NCBI GenBank assembly: GCA_016867035.1
Contig: VGKO01000002.1
Coordinates: 1-47,105, forward strand
Source: Candidatus Pacearchaeota archaeon
GTDB taxonomy: Archaea > Nanobdellota > Nanobdellia > Pacearchaeales > GW2011-AR1
Reading direction: 5' to 3'
Length of the DNA stretch: 47,105 nucleotides
Shown: in pieces, positions 35,137 through 44,340 of the stretch
How positions within the stretch are numbered: position 1 is the first letter of the stretch
Layout of the letters: every line of letters starts with the position of its first letter
Made by a program: the position numbers and the translations under genes
The notes under the pieces: model-generated
Told to the model about the DNA's origin: nothing
Seen by the model: only the letters and a program-made list of their open reading frames with translations
The model's database searches: none

Positions 35137-36066
35137 ATGGAAAAATATGATTTAGCTATTATTGGGGCAGGACCTGCTGGAATGTCTGCAGCTTTAAATG
35201 CACAGAATGATAATCTTAGATTTATTTTATGTGAATCTCAAGAAGAAGGGTGGTTTCCAAGAGTTTCTATAGATTCACATTATACTGTAGATAATTATTT
35301 AGGTTTTAATGATATTAGTGGAAGTGAATTAATTGGTAGATTTAAACAGCATTTATTAAATAATGGAATTATTGCAGATCGTTCATGTGTTCAAGATGTA
35401 AGACATGAAGAAAATATATTTTCAATAGATATAGGAGATAGAAAAGCTGTTGCAGAATCGATTATTTTATGTACCGGTACAAAACAAAAGAAATTAGAAG
35501 TTCCCGGGGTTGACAGATTTTTAGGAAGATATGTTTTTTATTACTGTGCTACTGAAGGATATCAATTCACAGGCAAGAAAGTGTTTGTTGTTGGTGGGAG
35601 AAATACTGGAGCAGTTACTGCAGTTTATTTAAAAAATATTGGATGTGATGTTGAAATAATAGAAAAAGATCCTAGGTTAAATTGTAAACATAAATATGCT
35701 AAAAAGATTTCTGAATTATCAATCCCAGTTAGGGCTTCTTCTCAAATTGTTTCTTTAAATGGAGAAGAAAGATTAGAAATCGCTAGTATTCAAGGTCCAA
35801 AAGGATTAGAAAAAGTAGCCGCAGAGGGAATTTTTGTTTGTATTGGGTTGCTTCCAAATAATGATCTCGCAAGAAAATTGAATGTGGGATTAGATGATTG
35901 GGGCTATGTAAAAGTTGATAATAATATGGCAACAAATGTTCCAGGAGTTTACGCTGCTGGAGATATTACGGGAAATTTGAAACAGATTGTAGTGGCTGCT
36001 GCACAGGGTTCTATAGCAGAATATAATGCAAATAAATTTCTGAGGCAAAAATGGAAAAGAGAATAG
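35137..36066 (+). CDS. Thioredoxin-reductase-like FAD/NAD(P) oxidoreductase lacking the CxxC redox centre
   Basis: YDLAIIGAGPAGMSAAL (FAD), VVGGRNTGAVTAVYL (NAD(P)), VYAAGDITG. The position of the TrxR CATCDG reads CATEGY (single Cys). Confidence 0.8.
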   Translation: MEKYDLAIIGAGPAGMSAALNAQNDNLRFILCESQEEGWFPRVSIDSHYTVDNYLGFNDISGSELIGRFKQHLLNNGIIADRSCVQDVRHEENIFSIDIGDRKAVAESIILCTGTKQKKLEVPGVDRFLGRYVFYYCATEGYQFTGKKVFVVGGRNTGAVTAVYLKNIGCDVEIIEKDPRLNCKHKYAKKISELSIPVRASSQIVSLNGEERLEIASIQGPKGLEKVAAEGIFVCIGLLPNNDLARKLNVGLDDWGYVKVDNNMATNVPGVYAAGDITGNLKQIVVAAAQGSIAEYNANKFLRQKWKRE

Positions 36067-36527
36067 GACTTTTATTTGATTGCCTAAGGGCGCCCTATGA
36101 TGCTGCACATATAATTCAAGTAGCCTTAGCTGTTGGAAATTGTGAGTTATATATTTCTGGAAATTCTATTGATATGAATCATAAAAAAATTGTTTTAAAA
36201 GTAAGATCTTGGGGAATTAATGTCTATCCACATATCGAAATGTTTGAAAATTTACATCTTGCTGCTCAAGAATTACATAATCGTGGAAAATATTTGATAG
36301 GAACCTCCCCCCACTCAAAAAAATCTTTATTTGATTTAGATCTATCAGAGGGTAAAAGTGTTTTTGTTTTTGGCACAGAATCTGGAGGGTTAAGCAGAGA
36401 AAAAATTTCAAGGCTGGATGAATTAGTTTCTGTTCCTGCAACTGAAGAAGTTCCGTTTTTAACCTTGCCAACAGTAGTTCCAATAATTGCTTATGAATAT
36501 TATAGACAGCTTGGAGGAAAAAAATGA
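36051..36527 (+). CDS. SPOUT (SpoU/TrmH-like) RNA methyltransferase
   Basis: VFVFGTESGGLSRE and VSVPATEEVPFLTLPTVVPIIAYEYY correspond to SpoU motifs 2 and 3. Overlaps the previous gene by 16 nt. Confidence 0.7.
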   Translation: MEKRIGLLFDCLRAPYDAAHIIQVALAVGNCELYISGNSIDMNHKKIVLKVRSWGINVYPHIEMFENLHLAAQELHNRGKYLIGTSPHSKKSLFDLDLSEGKSVFVFGTESGGLSREKISRLDELVSVPATEEVPFLTLPTVVPIIAYEYYRQLGGKK

Positions 36528-37588
36528 AAACTTTAGATAATAAAGCTGTATATATTGTAATGACTGGGGCAAAGAAAGGCTCAATTATACCTGAATTGGT
36601 TAGAGAATTTATAAGAGAAGGGGCAAATACATACACTTTTTTCACAGACATGGCTAGAAAAATTGTGAGTATGAAAGATTTTGAAATTCCAGGAAACAAG
36701 ACATCTTTAGATTATTCCAAAAATGGAGAAGAACTTCCATTAGAAGATATTGTTTTAGTTGTTCCTGCCACATTTAATACAATGAACAAGGCTGCCCAAG
36801 GGATAGCAGATAGCTATCCTATGACCATTATCGCTAGTGCAATTGGTAAAAGAAAAAAAGTTATTTTTGCTCCAGCAATGAATCGCTCTCTTTGGGAGCA
36901 TCCAATTACCCAAAGATCTTTAGAAACATTGCAACAATGGGGCTGTCAAGTTATTTGGCCAGAAATAACTCCTAAAAAAGTAACTATGGCTCCTTTAGAA
37001 AAAATAGCAGATACAACCTATAATTATTTTTCAAAAATAAGATATAATTCTGAAAGATTACCTATAGATGAAGAGTATCTAAGAGTAGTAGAAGAACATT
37101 TTTCTGAGTTTAGATCTGTTGGAGAATCATTATTGGAGGGAGATCTTATTAAAGGTTCAGCTGGATTTATGAGCAAAAAAGTTAAAGAAGGAATTTTAGT
37201 TTCTGCTACAGGATCAAGCGTTGGCAGTTTAACCAAGGATGACCTAGCTCTTGTTGTTGGAATAGATGACCAAAAAGTTAAATGGAAAGGAGAAAGACAT
37301 CCTTCTTCAGAAATGCCAATAGTATCTGAAGTTTATCAAGCCATACCTGAAGCAAGAGCAATAATTCATACTCATGGAAGAAAATTAACGTATAACCCTG
37401 CTATGCAAGCTTGTACTTCTGCAGAATATTTAAGATATGGGAGATTTGGTGAAATAAATAAAATTTTGGCAGTATTAAGAGAAAATAATGGTTTTGGAAT
37501 TATGAAATTACATGGAGAATTATGTGTCGGAGATAGTTTATATGATGCATTTCAAAAAATTAAGGGGAGAGTTGAAGATGCCAAATAA
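36524..37588 (+). CDS. Fusion protein: HFCD-type flavoprotein domain plus class II aldolase/adducin domain
   Basis: N-terminal half: VYIVMTGAKKG...LVVPATFNTMNKAAQGIADS (flavoprotein/PPC-decarboxylase family PATANT motif). C-terminal half: ILVSATGSSVGSLTKDDLALV...HPSSEMPIVSEVY...AIIHTHG (class II aldolase motifs). GGAGG 7 nt upstream; ATGA overlap with the SPOUT gene. Confidence 0.7.
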   Translation: MKTLDNKAVYIVMTGAKKGSIIPELVREFIREGANTYTFFTDMARKIVSMKDFEIPGNKTSLDYSKNGEELPLEDIVLVVPATFNTMNKAAQGIADSYPMTIIASAIGKRKKVIFAPAMNRSLWEHPITQRSLETLQQWGCQVIWPEITPKKVTMAPLEKIADTTYNYFSKIRYNSERLPIDEEYLRVVEEHFSEFRSVGESLLEGDLIKGSAGFMSKKVKEGILVSATGSSVGSLTKDDLALVVGIDDQKVKWKGERHPSSEMPIVSEVYQAIPEARAIIHTHGRKLTYNPAMQACTSAEYLRYGRFGEINKILAVLRENNGFGIMKLHGELCVGDSLYDAFQKIKGRVEDAK

Positions 37589-38132
37589 TAATTTATCTGC
37601 TCTACTCATTGGTCCAACGGATAAAACCAAAATATTTAGATTTGGAAAAGTTGAAGGGGAAAGTTATGAACAATACAAAGATGAAGTTGGAAAAGTTCTT
37701 GCTACTAATCTTTCAACTGTTTATTTAATTCCTGATGAGGGAATCCCCTTGGATTTTGCTAAATCTTACAAACAATTTGGAGGGCGAGAAGTAATTGGTG
37801 CTCTTCCAAGAGGAGGATGTGAAGTTCTTGAAAGATATTTTCAGTTTTGTGATAGAACAGAAGAAGTTGATGGAGGATGGACTGTCTTAAACACTTGTCT
37901 TAGCCTAAGAACGGGATTAATGATCGGTTTTGGATTATCTCCTGGAACCATGGTTGAAATTGCATACTCTAAATATCATAAAAAATATCTTGGGAAAAAT
38001 ATTACCATATTATTAGATGAGAGAACAATTAGTGGAAGATTAAATCCAGAGATAGAAGATGAAGTTGATTTAAGATATTTTGATTCAGCAGAAAGATTAA
38101 ATCAATTTCTGAGAAAGTTAAGAGGAATGTGA
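37578..38132 (+). CDS. LOG/TIGR00725-like Rossmann-fold (SLOG) protein
   Basis: IPDEGIPLDFAKSYKQFGGREVIGALP and GFGLSPGTMVEIA resemble the LOG-family PGGxGTxxE region. Start placed at ATG 37578 (MPNNNLSALL), overlapping the previous stop by 11 nt; the listed 37512 start lies inside the upstream gene. Confidence 0.45.
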   Translation: MPNNNLSALLIGPTDKTKIFRFGKVEGESYEQYKDEVGKVLATNLSTVYLIPDEGIPLDFAKSYKQFGGREVIGALPRGGCEVLERYFQFCDRTEEVDGGWTVLNTCLSLRTGLMIGFGLSPGTMVEIAYSKYHKKYLGKNITILLDERTISGRLNPEIEDEVDLRYFDSAERLNQFLRKLRGM

Positions 38133-38173
38133 GCCTAAACAAGATTTTTAAAGAAGGATATATTTAACTTAAT

Positions 38174-38629
38174 ATGAATAAAAAAATACTTGCTTTTGTA
38201 TGTGGTGGAAAAGAATTCCTTTTACTAAGGAATAACTCTAAAGATCCTTCTCATGGGGGAGACTTTTGGTTTACTATAACTGGAAGTGTTGAAAAAGATG
38301 AAGCTATTGAAGATACAATTAGAAGAGAAGTAAAAGAAGAAACTAATCTTAATGTATCTGAAATTCTTGATTTAAAATGGGGTTCTGTTTATTCTTGGGG
38401 TGGAGAAGATCATTCAGAAAATAATTTCTTAGTTTTTGTTAAAAAGGAAAAAGTTATATTAAATGAAGAGCATGTAGACTATGAATGGCTTAACTTAAAT
38501 GATTTTCTTAAAAAAATAAAATGGGATTTAAATAAAGAAGAATTAAAAAAAGTCCTTAAGAAAGCAGTAAATAAAGAATTATATTTTAAGAAAGAAAAGA
38601 TTGATGACTTTAGGAAGAAAGCTACTTAG
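38174..38629 (+). CDS. NUDIX hydrolase
   Basis: Nudix box GSVEKDEAIEDTIRREVKEETNL (Gx5Ex7REUxEExxU). Confidence 0.85.
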   Translation: MNKKILAFVCGGKEFLLLRNNSKDPSHGGDFWFTITGSVEKDEAIEDTIRREVKEETNLNVSEILDLKWGSVYSWGGEDHSENNFLVFVKKEKVILNEEHVDYEWLNLNDFLKKIKWDLNKEELKKVLKKAVNKELYFKKEKIDDFRKKAT

Positions 38630-38813
38630 TTAATTTATTTTCACCTAAACGTTCTCATATTTTTTCCATTAAATTTAATTAACTTCTAATTTAAATTTAT
38701 AGGTATAAAACAATTCAAAATAAAAGTTTATAAAATTTACAAAAACCAAGTATCAGACCTATATCTATTACCAATACAAAGCCGAGCAGCAGCGAGGCTA
38801 ATAAATAAAAAAA

Positions 38814-39170
38814 GAGTGGGAAATAAGCCGCCTTATGTCAAAGCTCCTTCACAAAGAAGGAATGTTTTGTGCTTACATTCGACTATAATAAAGGACGCTC
38901 TAATTTCTTATCGCGCTTTTATTATCCTAATTTTACTTAGGCGCCTGCATTTTGCAGTTGCATCAACCAGGATGTTCGTTCCACTCCCACTTAAGGGACT
39001 CGTCTCTATATCAGAGCCACGCCTCACGACGCTCGATTTTCATCGATGGTTTTTTACAATAATTCAAGTTATTGCTTGAATTAGATGGACGGACTTTCCT
39101 CAGAATTAGTATTGATATTTTCCAACACTTTCTCATTTAAGAGATAATCCCGGAGTAAGCTATCCCACTC
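38814..39170 (-). ncRNA. rnpB: RNase P RNA
   Basis: The minus strand contains the universal CR-I CTGAGGAAAGTCCGTCC (RC of ~39087-39103) and a CR-V-like GACATAAGGCGGCTTAT near the 3' end. P1 forms from GAGTGGGA (5', 39163-39170) and TCCCACTC (3', 38814-38821). A T7 run follows. GC well above the surroundings. Confidence 0.8.
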
Positions 39171-39276
39171 GTAATAAAACTAACTTTTGGGGGTTTTTAA
39201 GTCTTACTATTTAATATTTGAGAATATACCGAAGAATTACAACATTATTTTTAAACCTTAATAATATAATTCAAGA

Positions 39277-39825
39277 ATGATAGAAGATGTATGTCAAAAT
39301 TGTAATAGATGTAAATCAGAAAGAGGAAGCATGGGCATCAGGGGAGCAAACTCCGATAAAACAAAAGTTCTAGTTGTTGCACATATGATAGATCATAGGG
39401 TTTTTGAAAAAGATTTACTAGGAGAAAAAGGACACATGCCCGCGTTATGGAGCTCTGATTCTGGAAAAGCCTTAAGGGCAATGTTAGGACATCCTGTTCT
39501 TGGTTTGGGTTTGGAGCATATTTATTTTACAAATGTATTCAAGGGATACCTTAAGGGGAGAATGCCAACAAAAAAAGAGTATAGTGCGTGTTTAGAAGTT
39601 TTTAATCAACAAATAACCGAATTTGGACCAAGGGGGATAGTTTCAATGGGGCAATTTGCTTACGAAGTAATGTTTCCTGAAGAACAGGATTTTGCAAACG
39701 CAAGAAATAAAATTTTAATGTATGGTAATGTTCCAACTTTAGTTACTTTTCATCCCTCAACTATTCTTAAAATGCCGGTGAAATACAGAATGCGAGTAAT
39801 AGACTTCATTAAAGCATGTTGTTAA
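39277..39825 (+). CDS. Uracil-DNA glycosylase superfamily protein (family 4-like, divergent motif A)
   Basis: N-terminal CQNCNRC, IYFTNVFKG and FHPSTILK (HPS motif B) fit the UDG fold. The usual GEAPG motif reads VVAHMID. Confidence 0.45.
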   Translation: MIEDVCQNCNRCKSERGSMGIRGANSDKTKVLVVAHMIDHRVFEKDLLGEKGHMPALWSSDSGKALRAMLGHPVLGLGLEHIYFTNVFKGYLKGRMPTKKEYSACLEVFNQQITEFGPRGIVSMGQFAYEVMFPEEQDFANARNKILMYGNVPTLVTFHPSTILKMPVKYRMRVIDFIKACC

Positions 39826-40095
39826 TAAGCAAGAAAAGAAAGCCTTCAACCCCAAACTTAAGAATAAAAATTTAGACTACTAGATAATAATTATTAAAGG
39901 ATTATCAACAATAAACCCCTTCGGGGTTTTGATAATAGAAGCGAGCCTATTAATGGAGATTATAAAACAAAGAGGATATCGTTTGGAGACCGTAGTAATA
40001 TTAATTAAGAGATTAGAATTACAAACCAAAAAAGTTTGCACTCTTTAAGGATAAGCGAGTGAAGCGAGCACTAATTATATCTTGAAATAGTCAAG

Positions 40096-40596
40096 TTAAC
40101 TAAAACTCTTACTAAAAATTCTATCTAAAGAATCATCTTCAGAAATTTGAATAAATTCTTCAGGAGGAACTGCATAAAAGTTTTCTTTTGATTTACTGGA
40201 AATAAATCTAGGAATGCCCGCTTCTAAAACGCGCGAAACCGGAATCCATAACCATGTTCTAAAATCATAATCTTCATTAGATAGGGCATACCAAATATGT
40301 AGATTAAATAATCTTTGAATTTTAGAATATTTCTTAGTTTCATAACTATCAATAGGATAAGTTTTATATTCTTGGTTTAATCTTTTATTTTTAACGTCGA
40401 CAAAAATAAATCCAAAATTGGGAATTAATATCATAAAATCAGGCCTTTTACCAGAAAAACTATTCTTTAAAGCATTAGAAAAAGTTTCTAAATCTTGTTT
40501 AATATAAAAATAGGGAATATTATGTTTATCGAGCCATTCTTTAAATTTAAGTTCTGCTCGTGTACCTCTTTCCTTATCTTCAGGAGTAATCTCCAT
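40096..40596 (-). CDS. PD-(D/E)xK-type nuclease-fold protein
   Basis: GTRAELKFKEWL...KRPDFMILIPNFGFIFVDVKNK gives an E...PD...(D/E)xK arrangement typical of restriction-endonuclease-like folds. Assignment by motif only. Confidence 0.45.
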   Translation of the reverse strand: MEITPEDKERGTRAELKFKEWLDKHNIPYFYIKQDLETFSNALKNSFSGKRPDFMILIPNFGFIFVDVKNKRLNQEYKTYPIDSYETKKYSKIQRLFNLHIWYALSNEDYDFRTWLWIPVSRVLEAGIPRFISSKSKENFYAVPPEEFIQISEDDSLDRIFSKSFS

Positions 40597-40680
40597 TAAT
40601 AATTAAAGTAAACGTATTATAAAAAGGATTCTACTCACATAAGAATTAAGAAAATTTTAAAAATAAAAGTACAAAGGATA

Positions 40681-40703
40681 AAACAGAAGGAAAGAAAGTC
40701 TTA
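40681..40703 (-). promoter_or_regulatory. 3' strand of the pre-23S processing stem
   Basis: aaacagaaggaaagaaagtctta is the perfect reverse complement of 43618-43640 (23/23). Confidence 0.7.
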
Positions 40704-40734
40704 AAGTTTTAGGGAATAATAGTATATGATTTAC

Positions 40735-43550
40735 AAATGTGGCTTTTAGTAGTTGCATGCTGAAATCCTCGGGTTCTTGGATCTTACACATCAACTCTAT
40801 CAACGCTATCTTTTATAGCGGCCTATATTGTCTCGTCTTGCGGATGACTTCGTGCTTAGATGCTTTCAGCACTTATTCAATAATGCGTGGCTGCGCAGCC
40901 TCCCCATGAGAACTGCTAAACTAGAGGCATCCAAACGCGGTTCCTCTCGTACTACGCGTTCGTTCCACTCAAACAATTACGCACCTAACAGATATCATAC
41001 AAACTGTCTCGCGACGTTCTTAACCCAGCTAACGATTCCTTTTAACGTGTGAACTCCAACACCCTTGGCTGCTTATGCACAGCCAGGATAGGAAGAGCCG
41101 ACAGCGGCGTAGCAAGCCGCGCCGTCAATATGAACTATCGGGCGCGACAACCCGGTTATCCTTGGGGTACCTTTTCTGTCACAATTGGGATCCATTAAAA
41201 ATCCTCAATGGTTCGCTAGGCCCATCTTTCAATTCTGCAATTCGTGCTGTTTGAAGTACAGTTAGACAAGCTTTTACCCTTACGCTCTACTCTAGATTTC
41301 CGACCTAGATGAGCTTGTCATTAGGCCCTGCCGATATCTTTTCAGCAGGGTGCCGCCCCAGCCAAACTACCCGCCTGATGTTGTCCTTTGTTCAAGTAAG
41401 CAGCTTCATAAACGATAAGTAGTATTACAATTTCGCTCCACCAAATCCAAAAATTTGGTATCGACGCTCCTACTTATTCTATGTATCATCAATAAAGTCG
41501 CAGCAACAAGTTGTAGTAAAGGTCCACAAGGTCTTAGCTTCCCGTTAGGTGACACTGGCCTTTTCACCAGTAGAGTATGTTCAGAGGTTTCCGACTAGGG
41601 ACAGTGACAATTTCGTTGGACCATTCATGCAAGTCGCCATTCAGACGACAAGGTATTACGCTACCTTAAGAGCCTCAGGAATTAGGCCCGCCGTTTGATG
41701 GGCGTTAGCCGCGTTGGAACGCGGTTTTAGACACCACCACTGGGCAGGTTTCACCGGTTATACACATTCTTTCGGATTAGCAACCGGCTACGTTTTTGCT
41801 AAACAGTCGAACCATCCTTGTTATTGAAATCTAACAATGCACTCTAATATCAAGTACAAAGTTAGACGCCCCTTCTACCGAAGTTACAGGGCTAATTTGC
41901 CGAATTCCCTTAGTTGGATTAAACCTTCATGTCTTAGCCTTCTCAGCTAGAGCACCTGTGTTGGATCTAGGTACGAGTCAATAAATTCTAGACATATTGT
42001 TTTCACGGGCTCCAGAAATCAGCCATTTTCATTATACAAATTCTTTCACTTCTTATCATTACGATCCATGAAATCTTTATATAAGCTTCCTCTCGGAAAC
42101 TTGCTTATCCCGAAGCGTATATGTCATCGAACAAATTTATTGAGTACAGGAATATTAACCTGTTTTCCATCGATGTACTCGATTAAGGTACACCTTAGGT
42201 CCCGACTAACCCTTGGCTAATTGTTATTGCCGAGGAAACCGTGCTCTTTCGACATTTTTCGATTCTCAGAAAAATTAGATCTTACTGCTACCAAGATTCT
42301 CATTCCTTCCCGCTCCACTCCTTCTCTCGAAGAAGCTTCTGTGCAGAAAAGACGCCTATTTACCGCAATGCTACAAGTAGCATGCCTACAGTATCGGTAT
42401 TATGTTTGAGCCCCGTCCACTTTCGGCGCTTCGAATCTCGATGGGTGAGCTGTTACGCTTTCTTTAAATGGTGGCGGCTTCTATGCCTACATCCCCACTG
42501 TCTCAGATTCAAAACTTCCTTTGTTACACTTAACATAAATTTTGGGACCTTAACTGTAGTCTCCATTGTTCTGGTCTTGTGAAAGCACCTTACGCGCAGA
42601 CACTGATTCCCATATTTTAGAGCCAACAAATTCTGAGTTGGAAAATTTTCCGTAGGAAAAATCCTCTGCGAAAATTATCCGTACTTTACCTCGTTGGCAA
42701 ACTGTTATATGAGACTATACGGAGGTATATTTCAATAGGAACAAGCCATCGCCAGATTAGATAGGCTTTTCACCCCTAATCACAGGTCATCCAGGTACAT
42801 GTACATAACATTAGTTCGTACTTCCATTCCCCTTTCGAAGAACTTCACACTGCCCATGAGTAGATCATCTGGCTTCGTGTCTTATCCAAGTGACTCTCGC
42901 CTTTTCAGACTTGCTTTCGCTTTGGCTTCATTAATTTAACCTCGCCACTTAGATAAACTCCTTGGCCCGTTTTTCAAAACGTACGTTACAAACTTACATC
43001 CTCGTTGAGGAGCAGCCCGTAACAAGCTGTAACTGTTAGATTTCAAGTCTTTTAACTCTCGATTAAGAGTACTTTTCAGCTTTCCCTCGCGGTACTATTG
43101 CGCTATCGGACTTAAGTTTATATTTAGGGTTAGCACTTAATTGTGCTGTATTCATACGTCCAATCCGGGACGCACTACTCGTCGAAGAACGACATATTAA
43201 CTTCATCTACGGGACTATCACCCTCTAAGGTCCTTCTTTCCAGAAGAGTTTGATTCATTAACTTAGCCATTTACCTTCACCACATCTCTGCCTAACTTTC
43301 GTCAGGAGATTCGGTTTGCCCTCTTCCCTTTTCGCTCGCTGCTAATAGGGGAATCATTATTTATTTTCTTTTCCTACCGGTACTGAGATGTTTCAATTCC
43401 CGGCGTGTGTTTGCATTTCTGCATATTCAAGTTTTCTCATTCGGAGATCTCAAGATCAAATTCTGCATGCGAATCCCTTGAGCTTATCGCAGCTTGCCGC
43501 GTCCTTCATCACAACTTAAACCAAGCTATCCGTCTAACAGTATAAACAGT
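40735..43550 (-). rRNA. rrl: 23S ribosomal RNA (ends +/-15 nt)
   Basis: The RC reads ...GGATAGCTTGGTTTAAGTTGTGATGAAGGACGCGGCAAGCTGCGATAAGC... at the 5' domain and GCTGAAAGCATCTAAGCACGAAG (RC of 40848-40870) near the 3' end. Ends were estimated from an 11-bp terminal helix (43549-43560 with 40724-40734). No intron-sized insertion apparent. Confidence 0.9.
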
Positions 43551-43617
43551 AAAATCATATATTTCTATTAATTCTCTATCATACTTCTTTGTCAAAAAAT
43601 TGTTTAAATTTTTTTAC

Positions 43618-43640
43618 TAAGACTTTCTTTCCTTCTGTTT
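43618..43640 (-). promoter_or_regulatory. 5' strand of the pre-23S processing stem
   Basis: taagactttctttccttctgttt pairs perfectly with 40681-40703. Confidence 0.7.
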
Positions 43641-43800
43641 CATCGATTGAATATAATGTTGTCGTAGTTAGTTTTCTTTCTAACCGTCATCAATCTCAAC
43701 TCCCTCCGCAATCTGTTTCATTTGCGAAGTTCATACGTTGTGGTTTTTATTTTATCTCGTTACCATGCGAGATTCAATTTTTGTTGAATGTGATTTGTGA

Positions 43801-44037
43801 TTATGCTCTAGGTTTTCTTGAACCATAAACTGTTTTAAATCTGTCTTTATTATCAACATAATGCTGGGTTTGAGCCAAATATTCTGCCAATGTTAAAGGC
43901 GTAGTTACTAATTCGCCTTGCCCAACTCTGAATCTAACAAATTCCCCATTAGAGGTTGCTATAAATACTTCGCTATGTCCTTCTGTAAAAGGAGCAGTTA
44001 CAATATTTATTATCCCTTCCAATATTTGTTTCTTCAT
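43801..44037 (-). CDS. Hypothetical 78-aa protein encoded in the tRNA-Ala/23S spacer
   Basis: ATG ORF on the rRNA strand with balanced, non-low-complexity composition (MKKQILEGIINIVTAPFTEGHSEVFIATSNGEFVRFRVGQGELV...). An open frame this long is unlikely by chance in stop-rich AT-rich DNA. No canonical promoter spacing or SD. Confidence 0.45.
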   Translation of the reverse strand: MKKQILEGIINIVTAPFTEGHSEVFIATSNGEFVRFRVGQGELVTTPLTLAEYLAQTQHYVDNKDRFKTVYGSRKPRA

Positions 44038-44071
44038 TTTCAGTTTTGTTTGTTTATTTAACCCTTGTCCA

Positions 44072-44142
44072 TGGACTTATCGGGAATCGAACCCGAATCT
44101 AATCGTTGCAAACGATCTATCCTACCATTGAACGATAAGCCC
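44072..44142 (-). tRNA. tRNA-Ala (anticodon UGC) in the rRNA spacer
   Basis: Manual fold: acceptor GGGCTTA/TAAGTCC with the G3-U70 identity pair, anticodon stem GATCG/CGATT with loop TTTGCAA, T arm TCGGG-TTCGATT-CCCGA, discriminator A. Confidence 0.9.
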
Positions 44143-44253
44143 TTAGGCCTCTCGCCCAAAAAGGGTTTTGTTTTTTGCTTAAAGATTTTCTAAATCTTTA
44201 TTAGACTCGCCCAGTACTTTTTTCCTGAGTTCCTCGTCTAATAAAATGTTAAC

Positions 44254-44269
44254 GATGTATGAGTAATCA
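44254..44269 (-). promoter_or_regulatory. Candidate 3' strand of the pre-16S processing stem
   Basis: gatgtatgagtaatca is the reverse complement of 45936-45951 (15/16). Confidence 0.5.
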
Positions 44270-44340
44270 ACAGATTTCTCTGTATTGAGTATAACTAATA
44301 ATTCCTCTGCTTGCACATATTCTCTTATAAAATAATTTAT

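Noticed and set aside
38816-39079. Listed ORF 38816..39079 (+)
   Set aside because: It lies entirely antisense within the RNase P RNA (CR-I GAGGAAAGTCC and the P1 helix were identified). The open frame is explained by the elevated GC of the RNA gene.
39901-39936. Extended hairpin ATTATCA...AAACCCC-TTC-GGGGTTT-TGATAAT downstream of the UDG-like gene
   Set aside because: No flanking C/D or H/ACA boxes, no T-run, and no resemblance to 5S or SRP RNA that I can see. Possibly just a transcript-end structure; function cannot be assigned.
40597-40734. 5S rRNA downstream of 23S
   Set aside because: The region is AT-rich apart from the processing stem. It contains no 5S-like conserved segments or suitable GC-rich helices.
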